Origin: Chromera velia
Lineage: Eukaryota
Assembly: GCA_018398765.1 (NCBI GenBank)
Contig: JAHBMJ010000320.1
Coordinates: forward strand, 1-50,850
Length of the DNA stretch: 50,850 nucleotides
Direction: 5' to 3'
The position numbers were made by a program, and so were the translations under genes. Within the stretch, counting starts at the first letter, position 1, and every line of letters starts with the position of its first letter. Below, piece by piece: positions 1-12,792 of the stretch. The notes beneath the pieces were generated by a model. It did no database searches, was not told where the DNA came from, and saw only the letters and a program-made list of their open reading frames with translations.

Positions 1-452
1 TCAACTAGAAGCTTATCATTAGAGTCTCTTAAGATCTTCTTACAGGGAAAGACTGAAGGACGGGATGCATTGCATATTCCCGTTCCTTTCATTGTTCAGC
101 CGTTTCATCTCATTGCATTTTATGAGCATGCTACTATTGATTGCAATTAATTCAAATTGCATGAAGAAGCATGCACATGCATGCATGCAGCTCGGCATGG
201 CTCATCAATCTATAAGGCGGCGCGTATGGCGGCGGGCACTTCAGGCATGGCGGCTCAACATAGTTTCTAATCACCAGATTATAATTTATAATATGTTGCA
301 TGTCATGCCCGCAGTTGGCCAGAGCCCAAGTGGTGTGCTCACCGGCTTTGACTGCCTCAATTCAATTCAATTCAATGTTTAAATGTTTTAAAAAAAGAAT
401 AATGGTTAGAAAAATGAATCGGATTATGTTCATTTTTTCGCCTCTACGTTCC

Positions 453-2298
453 TCATCTTGTATCTTCTTCATTTCTTTGCACCCCTTCTCCACCCGCTGT
501 TCGATCTCGAGCATGCGGGGAGTCACAAAAATGCCTATCAAAGAGAGGAAGAGATTCCGTTGAACCGCCAACAACTGGCTGGGAACCCCCCGCGCTGCCT
601 CTTCGGTTCTGCTGACTTGCACCCAAAAGGGCAGGAGCAGCCTTGGAGAGACTTGCACCGAAGCCTAGGCTCTGTACAGCGGCAGACATGAATGCACTTG
701 CCTGTGCCGTGATTATTCGTGGTTTCCCTTTCTTTCCGTTCCCGTGCCTTCCCTTTGCAGAGGTTGAGGACCCGCTGTGATGGCCTTCATCTACAGAATC
801 CCCTCTGTCTCTGTGCTCATAGACCAACCGCCCTCTTTCCCTTTCTCTTCCCCTCCCCCCCGCATACGCCTGCTGACTCTCTGAAGACCCGGACGCTCCC
901 AGACGGCGCGTCGGACTCGACGGAGAGCCCGGGCGCCGCCGCCCATCTCTCCCTGTCCCCGCCCGATCTCCACTGTGCCACACACTTGGAAGACCAGCGG
1001 GGGCGTTCTTCAATCTTCTAGAGAGGGAAGACTGATCTTCTTCCCGGTGCCCTCCTCTGCTTCCTGTTCTGAGGTGAGTCCCTTGGGGCAACGGGGGTTT
1101 TCGCTTTCCGGGACCATGCCCCCGACCGATAGCAGAGGCAGAGGCAGAAGAAGAGGCGCTGCTGACATCCGATTCCCCCCCCTCACTCACCTCCCTCGGT
1201 GTCGCAGCAGACCGGGGACGTCCCTTGACATCAGGGCGACGTTCTGCTTCCGACACTGCTGCTGTGTTTTGTGACGTGCCCCTCGTCCAAGCAAAGGGGC
1301 GGTTGGACGGCGGCATTCCACGTCCTGTGGAGGCGGGCCGAAGAGACTCGGACCTTCTCATTTCAACTGACCGGAACGACCGTCCCCTCCCTTCCTCTCT
1401 ATGCCCCTCCCCCCTCTCGAGGTCAGTCAGGGGACTGCCATCCGAGGCGGTGCCGGGGGGAATCAACGAAGAGGTCCGTCTCGATTTCCGAGACCCCCTC
1501 CGCGTATCCCCCCGAGTCACACGAACATCCTCCGGGGGGGGACCCCCGTCTGAGGGAGACAGGAGACCAACAGGGACGGGACCCCAATCGCCGTGCCACG
1601 CCGGAAGGCCCCGCGGGTGGCCGTTCCCTCCTGAGTCATGTTCTCTTCTCTGATGTCCTTCTCTGGAACTGCGTCTGTGGTGGTGGGAGAAGCGCTGACG
1701 CTGGCGGTACCGATCGTGGCTGAGGGTGCCTCGAAGCTTGCGGCGAGAGGTGCCGGAGGCGGAGGCAGGAAGAGAAGACCTTCTGGGGTTTGTGTTCTGA
1801 TGCTGATTTTGTGCAGCAGAGATCAACCCCGAGGAACGGTGGTTGGTTTTATGCGGCCTTGTTGTGAGTTGCTGCTGAGAGATTCTGGACATCTGTGAGA
1901 GAGACCTGGTGCTGTTGGTGTTCCCAGAGGAGGAGGATTGGTCGGAATTGGAAGACATCTCTTGGAGACCTAGAGCTTCATATTCCATCCTCTCACGCAC
2001 TCCCAGACCCTTCCTAGAATCTCTCCATTGCCCTCGACGGCTGCGGCTCTCTCTACGTTTCCGACTTTTATGTGAAAGTGGGGCCACCCGTTTGTCCCTC
2101 CCTCCCTTTCCCCCTGCACGTGCAAGGAGAAGTACTCCCCGAGCGCACTGACAGAGGACACAGAGGGCGATGGAAAGAAAGAGAAGAATGAAAAGAGGGG
2201 GGAGACCCGGAACAACAGAATCTGAAAGAAGGAGCGAAGACAAAAAAGCTCTCTGAGGGACACACTCAAATGCCTCCCCTTCCGTCTCCTTCTCACCA

Positions 2299-2330
<32 letters not shown>

Positions 2331-5300
2331 GCTGCCGATGCCAACCCGCACAGGAACAAATCCAACGGAGCATCTGGCCGGACACTCACTCGAGGAAACA
2401 CCAGAGTCTGTCAGTACTAGAGGTCCCACACGCACTCCCCCAGACACAGGGAGTCCCTGCCCCCCCTTCTGTTCATTTCCACTCTCCTCCCCCTCTGCCC
2501 CCCCCCCTCCCTCCTCTGCGATCGCATGCCAGATGGCAGCTCCCAGTCTCTGGAACACACTTCTCTTCTGAAGTTTCGCTGCCGTCCTTTTGGCGTTCTC
2601 GCACAGCACGCAGAGGGCCTTCGAGTCGCCCGACGTCGCCTTGAAAGTCCCCACAGGACACGGGACGCATATCCCTTCCCCCGTTCCCCTCCCTGCAGCA
2701 GACGACGAGCCAACAAAATATCCTGGAGCACAGGCAAACCCGCACCTCTCCCCAGGCAACCAGGTCGAGTGGGAAGGCAGAGGAGGGCAGGGTTCACAGC
2801 GACCCGGACCTCCCTCTGGCTTTTGTGACCCGGCAAGGCACTCAACACACGACCCTGCCACCTGCACATACATATCCATGCACCGAGAAGAAGCAGGGAG
2901 AATGGCGTTCATGCTCCAAGAGGCACAGAGAGAGACAGAGGGACCCCACCCAAAGGACAACGAAAAGAAGCATCGTTCGGACAAGAAAGGGGCCTGACTG
3001 AAGTTGGACGAAAAAGGAAAAACGGCCTAGGTACGTACCTCCATGTCCTCAGTGGTCTCAAACGGAAAATCAAAGGCGGCCTTCAAGAGGACCTCCAATT
3101 CCGCTGTGCGATTGAATCTCTCCTGCCATGCACCCGCCTCTTCCTGCTCCCTTACATCCTCCTCCCCACCCCCCCACGAGCCTCTGAGGCTGCCCCCCTG
3201 CAGGTGCCTGTCTGGATCAGACGCTGTCTCAGAAATGATGGACACCTCCACCAAGGGCTCTCCAACTGCGCTCTCCTGAATCTTCTCCGTCTCTTTGGGA
3301 CTTGCCTCAGGCTGGGCAGTTGATGTGAGGCGTCTGGTGTCTAGGTCTGGAGGAGAGCAGACGAACTGTCCCGGAAGGAGACCTGACCTCTTACACACCC
3401 TCTCCGTGCTCTCATACAATGACCTTCTCCCTCCACCCCCTCCTTTGTCGGGCTGCCCTTCCTCGACCCCTTGGGGAGGCCTTTCTGCCTCGATTCGGGG
3501 AGCAGGTTCCTTTTCTCCCTCCTCTTCCCGATGTTCCTTCTCAATTGCCGCGGCAGCAGCTGCCGCGAGGGCGGTCGCCCCCCTTTCCCCTGTGTTAGCG
3601 GTCGAAGGCCCCCCCTCCCCTCTCTCCGTCAGATTCAGAGACTGCAAGAGATCGTCTCTCAGTGCAGTCGCAGAGGAGATCTCCCTATCGACATCCCTCT
3701 GCCTCTGCGCTGCTCTCTCAGCATAGCCCTCTGGGGCGTCGACCTCATCCCGCACAGGTCTCTTCGGATTCTTTCTGCCCTGCTGCACTCAGAACAACAG
3801 CGACAAATAACGGATTCTTTCTGCCCTGCTGCACTCAGAACAACAGCGACAAATAACGGATTCTTTCTGCCCTGCACTCAGAACAACAGCGACAAATAAC
3901 TCTCCGGTGGATACTCTGCCCACTTCGTGTCTCTCTATAATATTCCGGTAGTTTGACACTGCGAGACTCGGTACTTCATGACAGACAATTGACAGACGGA
4001 CCCAAAATTCTTCCTTCCTTCCAACTAAAGAGACTCAAAATCAAGGAAGGGGCTGCTTTTCTGTCAACAAATTAAACTCTGATATTCTCAAAGTTTCAAC
4101 ACGGAAAGAAAGCTTCTGACAGACTGACCGAAGTGGAATTACCCCACCCCTCCTGCTCTGACGCTGACGCTGCATCGTTCACCCCCGCCTCTCCGGGTCC
4201 TCCTGCCTCCACTCCCACATCCATCAGCGTCTCCTTCTCTTTCTCGACTCGGAACGCACGGAGCTCAAAATTGGTATCACAGGATTCCACACGGCACAGA
4301 GGAGACCAGAGACCGTGCACGCACATTCTCTTCCCTCTGCCCCGATCTACCACACACGGCTCTGAATCTCCATGACGACACATGCCCGCAACAACCCTTC
4401 GTGCCTCCACAGCCACTCGCGTCTCCTCTCTCTCAGTCTCAGTTTTCCCTTCAACTGTCTCTGTGACGTTATCTCTCCCTCTGGACACGAGGACAGCCTC
4501 TCCCCTCAGCCGACTGCACACCTCCCCGAGACCCTCAACTGACGACGTCGCACTGTCCAGAAACGACCCGGCAGAGCCCCGATCACCCCCCTCATACTCC
4601 CACTGCAACTCCAACTCCCATTCCTCTGTTGTCTGTTCACTCGACGAGGAGGATGGAGACCCCTCATCGGCGTCTTCTGCAAACATCAGCAGAGGGAAAC
4701 GCTGGGCCGACTCACGGGAAGTGTCTTCTGTCTCGTTGGAGAAAGTGTCCGGGGTGATCCCGTCCTTCCAGAGCTTCATCACCCCTGTCATCACTTCTCC
4801 ATTCGGAGACAACCCGCCTCGGATGGCAGCACGCGACTTGACTGACGTCACACGCGTACCCCCCCTCCCCCCCGGCTCGTTCTCCTCCAAAGCGAAGAGG
4901 CCGAGCTCCTTGGACAAGAACAGACCGTCCCATCGACACCGAGCACCCACTGCGTGCAACGCGAATCGTTCAGCAAACATGGAGATGAGAATGGCTACGT
5001 CTGTCTGTTTCTTTCTGTGTGTCGGCACGGATGCATGGGGAGAAAGGGGTGCGAAAACACCTGACTGTAGGCGCAAAACACACAGACACAGACACAGACA
5101 CACACACACTCACTGACTCACTCACTCACTCACACACAGAGGTGTCAGAAAGACACCGTGTCAAGGACTGGCTGTTTGTGGTGTCTCTCATGCCAGCACG
5201 AGCCTTTAAGAAGTCTGCCAGGGGTATGCCCCGCTGTTGCCGCAGCAACGTCTCGGGATCGAGTTGTCTTTCTTTGTGAGTTCTCATTTATTCGTTTCTG

Positions 5301-5362
5301 GTGCCATACCTTCCTCCCCTCCCGCATAGGGGCGTGCGTCGAGAGTCCGTCCAGCCAGATCA
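453..5362 (-). CDS. Type-I membrane protein exons: Cys-rich ephrin-receptor-like/GCC2-GCC3-type repeats, one TM helix, ~550-aa basic Ser/Arg-rich disordered tail (separate gene or C-terminal part of the LCAT gene)
   Basis: Exons 5362-5157, 5064-4129, ~3785-3039, 2861-453 join in phase 0. Cys motifs CVECLAG..CEPCP..CGFACAPGYF..CVPCPVGTFK..CPARCSVGF; hydrophobic LPPLFILLFLSIALCVLCQCA followed by a basic stretch. Confidence 0.8.
3766..3900. repeat. Tandem repeat, 46/46/43 bp, spanning a 3' splice site
   Basis: GGATTCTTTCTGCCCTG(CTG)CACTCAGAACAACAGCGACAAATAAC starting at 3766, 3812 and 3858. Confidence 0.95.
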
Positions 5363-5399
5363 CTCGCACCAGAAAGTAAAGGAAAGGAAAGGAACAACA

Positions 5400-7959
5400 T
5401 CAATTGACGGACGGACCTGCGTGTCTGACGATGTCCGATAGTTGTTTCTCAAACAGAATGTCGATGTGCCCCCCGTAGGAAAATTCAACCTGCTTGCACG
5501 CAGCCATGCAATCAGATCCCAAAGTCATGATCATCATGCAATCAACAGACGACAGGTGGATGGGGGGGATCTGAGGGGTTCGATGGGGTTGTTGTTAGAG
5601 ACTGACTGACTGCATGTACGTATGCAGTGAATCAATCCTGCTAGATTCAGTTCGCAAAAGAGAATGAATCCATGAGAAAACAGAAAGAAAAACTTCAACA
5701 GGCGCAGAGGAGGAAAGCAAACAAAAAGAAAGGCGAGAGAGAAGAAAGAGTCCATGCAGGCAGGCTCTGTGTGAGAGGTCACACTCACACACCCGAGGGG
5801 ACGAAAGTACGAATACCATTCTGCACGCACATGAAAATGCCATGCCCTTTCTACTGCTCTTGTGGGAAAGAAACTTGCTCCACACCAAGAATACAAGAGT
5901 GGTACGGCAGCTTGAAAGAAGCAAACAGCAAAAAGGGATTGGCGAGACATGCCTACCTCTCGTGCAAGTCTGTTTCCCCCGATTTTGTGTGCAGTTGCTG
6001 ACGCTGCAGTGACAGTGCCGTCTCCCCAGGTATTGAGAGACGTCTCCTGCAGGTGACAAGAGAGAATGACAGGGAGGGATCAGTGGAGGAGGAAGGACTG
6101 AAAGGAAAGGAAAGGAAATCACCAGACACAAAAAGAGGGGGTTAGAGGAACACTGGACACGAAAGAAAAAGACCAGAAAAGGGCGAGTGGGTTGCCAAGT
6201 TAAGAAACAGAAAGCGAGAAAACGTGGGAAGGAAAAGAAATCGGAGGCCAAAAGAGAATTCTGCAGAGAAGGGAAGGGTGAGAGCCACAATAGACCTCAA
6301 TAGATGACGCCGTATGGGAATCAAAAGGGGAGGGGGGGACAAAAAAGCAATCTTTGCTTTTCCACCACACATCTGAACATTTTACTGACCTCAGCAGGCA
6401 CAGACAGATCCATAACGCTCTCCAAAGGGCTGAGGGGTCCGTTTTGTCCCCTGACGAGACCCTTCTCCTCCTCATCACTGCTGCCTCCAATCCGCAAAAA
6501 GATCCCGAAAGGAGTCGAGGGTTCCTGTGAGGAGACGTACAGATTGAAGAATTTGAATCCGTCCAGAGCCTCGTCGTCTTCGGATTTGTTGGAGGAAGAG
6601 GAGGCGAGGTTCGGGGAGATCTGCTCGTCCTCCTCCTCCATCCAGGGGAGACGGAATGCGGCAGCAAACTCATCACTCCTCTCCTCCTCCTGGGCTTTTG
6701 CCTGAGCCTGCGCTTCCTCTCTCTCATCTGCAGCTGCTGCCTCGGCCGCTGCAGCTACTGCTTCTTCCGTGAGGTTGGGATTTGCAAGCGCGGGGTGGGA
6801 ATCGGAAAGGCCCAGCTGCTCTGCGAGAAAGCCGAAGAGGTCGTGGAGTTTTGAGGACGTTAGGGGAGATGATCCGTTTTGAGTGGAGTTGCCAGGGGTG
6901 AGGTCAGTGAGGTTGTCAGGGGTAGCACCGGCCTCCGGGAAGGATGAATTGGGTTCGTAGTGCTGAGAAGACGACCAGGGCCAGAGGAAATCCCAGAGAC
7001 GGTCTGTGAGCGTCGAGTTGACTTCCTCTTCTTTCACGGGGGGGGGGGCACTTGTGTTGACATCGTTTTGAGAGGAGTCGTCAGGCAACAGGGTGACGGT
7101 TGAGGAGTTGGTCTGGTTGACATGACCCGCTGGAAGCCGCTCACCTTCCTCGGGGTGAATGGTGGGGGGGGTCTGTTTCTGTTTGTCTCTCTTCCTTTCT
7201 TTTCCTCTGGGTTTCCTCAGGTTCTTCTGTCGTTGTTGTAAGGCATCCTGTCGTTGTTGTAAGGCATACTTTCCCTCTTCCACCCCCGTCCCTGTTCCTG
7301 CATTCTTCCCCCCTTCCACCCCCGTCCCTTTTCCTGTTCCTGCAGAGATCTCTGTCCGGTTCGTGGAAGCTCTTTGTTGAGGGGACACGGGAGCGACACT
7401 GGCCTGCCCCTCTTCACTTGCCGCGAGTGCACGTCTCTGTCTCTGTCTCTGTCGCGGAATCAACTCGACAGGCGCGGTTTGGCCTTCTGTCTCTGTCCCT
7501 TCCTGTCTGTCGCCCAGAGAAGTCCCCAACAGACGCTTCGTCTCCATGGCCCATCTCCAGATCTGCAGGCAGCCAGGCAGGGGGCAGAAGAGAAGAGAAC
7601 AGAAGGGACGGCAAAATGAAGGAAAGAAATTTAGGGTCTCCATCCACACAGTCATCTGCCATCAGACGTTGCGAGACTGCCACTTACATTTGTTTTGCGC
7701 ACGCAGAGAGACAGGAACGCTGTGTCTAACTATGTGAAGATCGTACCAAACAGTGAATGACTGTCAATTTCTCCATCCATCTCGCATAAGTAGAGCTTCT
7801 CTCCCATCCTTCCACATGGCTTTTCATAAAGTCTGGAGGCCTGCAGATGACTCTCTGCCGACCTCAGGGTTGAATCCAACCATCAGTGTGTCTCCGTTTG
7901 CAGTGGTCACTTCGGACAGATTCCCCCCGTGACGGTCAAGGAAGTCCCTCAGACTGCGG

Positions 7960-7998
<39 letters not shown>

Positions 7999-10900
7999 GA
8001 GAAAGTGGGAAAGAAGACCGAGTGTATACTTACTTCTACATGCAGACAGTAGTTGCTCTTCCAATAGCTGTTCGTCGGTGTCCTTTGGGATGAGCCCAGA
8101 GTGGAAGACGGGCAGAAAGAGAAACAGAAAGAGCAAACGAATGCAAAGAAGATGCAGGGAAGAGCGAAAGAAACCATCAAACGAGCGATCGAAAAAAAAA
8201 AAAACCGAAAGGAAAGGGGGAAAGGCAAAAACACCACTGAGGCATCCATGCCCTTCCTTGCAACATGTTTATTTAGACCCATTCTGACCTCTCATACGAG
8301 TCGAGGCTCATACTCAGAGTCCGATTCGAAATCACCAAAAACGGATTTCTCAAAGATTTGCTACCTCCGTCCAAGACCTCCTCTTCTTCTTTGCCTCCCG
8401 CTTGCTCTGAGACGGGAGCTGTACCATTCTCCCTACCCTCCCCAATCCTGTTCTGGCCAGGAGGAAAAGTCCATCCAGAGAAGTTGAAGTCTGGTTGGAG
8501 TTCGTATGCGGCAGGGGACGCAATCTCAAAAGCCCTGTATGTATACACAGACACGATAGAGGGAAGTGAAGGCAACCGAGAGAGAGAGAGAGGACAGGCG
8601 AAACAAGCGTGCGCACAAACACAGGGCGACAGGGAGAGAGATCAGCGGACTCTTCTTGACGGAGAAAGCCGAAGAAAGCAAAAAACAAAACAGAAGAAGA
8701 ATCCATCGCAGTGAAAGCAACGAAAATCATTCACATTTTGAAGAAGAAGTCAAAACACCATCGTCCCGATCCTCCACACAACTACTCCATCTGTTGTCTG
8801 ACGTCTTCTTTGACGTCTCCAGCACCACAACATTCTGCCTGACTGACGCACGCACGCACAGACGGACCGTGCAGCCTCCAGAGAGAGCAAAGGATTGCCC
8901 CAGTTGTCCCCCCGAATGAACGGGATGAGGCCCCCAGCGGCAGCCCCTGCGAACGGACTCGCGACAGTCACCCAGTTGGCGATGTTTCTGTCTGCAAATT
9001 TGGGGCACTGGAGGATGAGTGCCTTGGTCACCAGACCCCCCATCGAATGGGAGAGGATGTCCACCTGCACTCATATTCATTACACACAGCAGTAGACACG
9101 AACAGTCATGCAACACATAGTTTCACAAATGTTCAAAGGCTTTTTTGGCCGACATCTAAAGACCAAAAACGCCAGTGCAGAGTGTAGTGCAATGCAGCCC
9201 TGATTTTCCGACAGACGCAAGGAAGGTCAAAAAGCGCCCCCACAAGTCCTTCACTTTTTCCGTTTGTCCACTCATGTATGGAGCAGTCGAAGCATCAGGA
9301 GAGAAAAGATTCCGCTGTTTGCCCCCCCCCTCTGACCTTTCCACCCTTCCCCAACGTGCGAATCAATCGTCGCAACCTCCTCATCGTTTTGGGGGCCCTC
9401 ACAGATTGTCGCCTGCAGCCAAGAGGCAAAACAAACATATTGCAAGCTTTTGGCTAATCAACTATTTCTGCCCAACCTGTCCCGAAGGTGCGCTCCTTTT
9501 GGTTCGTATTGCTCGTCTTCCTTTCCCCAAGTGAACCACTGGGATGCAAAAGCAAGAAAAGAAGGAAGGAAAGAAAGAAAAGAAAGGGGGAAAAAAGAAA
9601 GGAAAGGCAAAAAACAAAAAAACAAAGAGCAGGAAGCTACCGACCAATCGTAGGGAAACCCAAACAGAGTGACCCCTCTCTGATAACCTCTGCAAGGAAG
9701 AATGGATGTGCACACGGAGGGAGGGGATCACCCGGACAAACAGGCAGGCAGGCACGTCAACAGGGAAACTCCCTTTGTAATCGACAAAAATTAATGCAAT
9801 CATAAAATCGTTCAGCGAAAATAGAGACACATCCAAACAGAGATTGATTGATTAACGGGGCGGTAAACACGTACAAACGAGAAGAGGGAATCTCAAAAGT
9901 TGAAAGAAAAAGCGGAGAAAGAAGAAAGAAAATGCAAACAGACAGAGGGGCATTCACAAGTCGAGAGAGAATTCTGGAGAGGGGCACGACAGATTTTAAC
10001 GGAAAAGAAACCCAAGAGGCATGCAGGCAAGGGGACTGCGTCTTCCCTTCCTCCTTCGACGTTCAGACAGACAGACAGACAGACAGACGGACAGACGGAC
10101 AGACGGACTGACTTGCTCTCCAGATGCTCGATGGTCTTCTGGAAGTAGTCAACAGACCGGAAGGTCACCTGCAGAATCCAAGACAGACAAAGAGAACAGA
10201 ACCGTCCACTTGCTTCTCCCTTTCTTGATGTCTTCTACTCATTTGTCAATTCATTTATCCAAGCACGGCACCCCCCCATTGCTTCAATTCTCATTACAGT
10301 CTTTCCCTCTTATTGCCCTCTTGAAGCGGCTATCAAGCTCATTTTTGAAGGAGCTCGCGTCTTGCAACCTTCTCGGAAAAAGACGCCGTGACCGCCGAAG
10401 ATCCTCTTGTTCATGCCTCAAAGCCACCCCGCAGGAGGCAAAAACAAAAAGACTCGGCCAAAATGCCCAAAAGAGCATGTCCACCTCAGAAGGTCATGCA
10501 CCTTCAAAAAACAAACGCATTAACCGGCTGAAAAGGGCCCATGCACCTTCACCTCCCCCCTCCCCCCCCCCCCCCCCCACCCACCCAACTGTCCGGAAAG
10601 AGGTTCGACATCGCGAAGAGCCCAAAGTGACGCAGCGGCGTGAACAGTTTCTCTGTCCGGACTGCAGACTGCACCCATCCCTTCTCAGGGTCGAAGTTGC
10701 CCACACCATGGAGGAGCAGCATCTGCAAGGAGAGGAGAGGAGAGGAGGTGCACTCAGAGGACATGAGGTCAATTAGAAAGGGTCGGACAATTCCAATGCG
10801 CGAGTTGTCAAACAGAACAGAGCCAAAAACAGATTAAGAGGTAGAAAAGAGTGTGGCAGGAGCAGACACAGAGAAATTCACATGTTCCACCGATCTGTAA

Positions 10901-12184
10901 GGTACCCTTTTCCCATTCGTGTACTAACAGACCCCACCCGTTTCCTCTGCATTCTCACGAATCCACACGACCGACCGACCGACCGACCCTAGACCGACCT
11001 TCTCTGCGTGCATCAGTCTGAGCCTGCAAAGAAAAAAGGCAAAAGGAGTTTGAAGAGAATTCTGCCAAACCCATGTAATTGCGTCACAACCTAAAAGTCT
11101 TGCCATATTTTGCACACACTCGGGGCTCCGCATGAGAAATGACGGGAACAAAATTCCAGTGACGCAGTCGTCAGCCGGCAAGGTGGAAAACCTCATTGTC
11201 GCTGAGGAGGACGCTTACAATCAATTCACATCCGCCTGTTTTCATTCTGTTCAACTCATTCATACTGTCCACTCACTCCTTTGCAGAGCCTCTCACCCAC
11301 ACCGACTCTCCTATCCACACACATACAAAGCTCATCCTGAGTCCATCTGACTGGCCGGGTGTCTCTGCGGCTGACCATATCTGGGAGACTTTCCCGGTGT
11401 CTGTCTCGTTCACCTGCAATCAGTCAGTCAGCTAGCCAGTCAGTCAGTCAGTCAGCCAGCTAGTGAATGAGCCAGCCACTGAGTCAGCCACTCAGTCAGG
11501 CAGCATCAGTGACTGAGTTAGTGAGTGATTCGACCGGTCAGCCGATTAGTCAGACACTCTCTTCGATCGTCCAAAAAACGCACTACAGGTCGAAGCGTCC
11601 CCNNNNNNNNNNNNNTGACCTGAAGGATCGACCCCCCGACTCCTGCATCCATGCATCCATTCATTCAACATGCATCCAGAAGAGGAGACGAGCAAAGAAG
11701 TGGACAGAGGATACGGCTTTGACTCACCGGATGCACCGCAGAGAACACCAGGAACACAAATCCCGAGAAAATAGGATTACGCGCCATTCTTTGTGCAGCA
11801 AGATGCGTCCGTCTATTTAGACAAATCCACACCATATTTCATGTATATAAGCAGATACGCATGGAGACAGACAGACATCCAAAAAAGAACATCTACCTGT
11901 GGGCTAAAAGTCTGACCAGGTATGAGGATGAGGGGTCTCTTGGGCCTTCCTTCCGTCTGCGTCCATGTCAGGTTGAAGATCTCGAGGACCTTTCTGGCTG
12001 CGGACTCCTCTACGGCCTCCACTTCTTTCTTCGGGTGGGCCGAGCTACCGCCGAGACCGATGAAGTCCCACAGGTGCGACAGGGTCCCCCCGTCGTCTGC
12101 CCTCCTGCCCGACACGTAGTCAGTCCCTCCGGCAGGATCGGCAAGGAGGTGCAGGAACAGGGACAGAAGAAGGAGAGGCCGCAT
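5400..12184 (-). CDS. Multi-exon LCAT-family (PF02450, plant LCAT3/LCAT4-like) phospholipase A/acyltransferase with N-terminal signal peptide
   Basis: Hand-spliced phase-consistent GT-AG exons: 12184-11917 MRPLLLLSLFLHLLA..RPLILIP; 11642-11620 GVGGSILQ; ~11413-11327; ~10722-10580; ~10168-10113 YFQKTIEHLES; ~9689-9644 GYQRGVTLFGFPYDW; ~9412-9336 RQSV..; ~9064-8868 VDILSHSMGG..VASPFAGA (nucleophile Ser); ~8535-8289; ~7954-7863; ~7563-6389 IWRWAMETKRLL..FKFFNLY; 6046-5957 GDGTV (catalytic Asp); 5489-5417 GGHIDIL (His). If the next intron is not spliced, TGA at 5402-5400. Confidence 0.9.
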
Positions 12185-12792
12185 GGCGGAACAAATTCCG
12201 TCTACGCAGCTCACTCTCACATCTTCAGTCTGATCACTTCATGCATGAGTGTGAGAATTTCGGCCGAAAGCTTAATTGTGTCCCCAGGAACGGCAAAGCT
12301 GCTTCAGTTCCTGACTTCCCATCATGACGATTCTACGTGCAGTTGATCTGCCATTCAATCGGGAGCGTTCAACATCATTCGACGTCAGACCGTGTGACTC
12401 AGACGGTCAAAGTTGCAGTCAGACACTGTCACACAGAAGGATGCCTGAGCCATGCAGTAATTGCCGCGAGCCATGCCGAGCCATTCATTCATGCATGCAC
12501 AATTTCAGTGTGATTCAGACATATTCAGACTGATTTCCGGCCGTGACAAATTCCGTCTGACACATGTCTGACACATTCTGACACCAACTGTCTGCCAATG
12601 TCTGTCAGATCGAAACGATTTCGACGCGAGATGATGAGCCTCCGAATTGAAACTGCGTCAGCCTGGTGCAGAAGCGACAGAGGAGGATACCGAAGGAATT
12701 GTGCATGCAGGCTGATGTAACAGGCTTCTAGCTTTTCGTCAGACAAATTTCTCTTTCAACATCTCGCCGTGACGATCTGAATACAATTTGAC
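12185..12792. promoter_or_regulatory. Bidirectional promoter between head-to-head genes, rich in TCAGAC/GTCTGA motifs
   Basis: ATGs at 12184 (-) and 12793 (+) point outward; motif copies near 12385, 12399, 12419, 12515, 12525, 12555, 12566, 12739. Confidence 0.55.

Noticed and set aside
150..200. TGCATGCA as specific ApiAP2 sites
   Set aside because: Occurs throughout introns and 3' regions as (GCAT)n repeats; no positional specificity visible.
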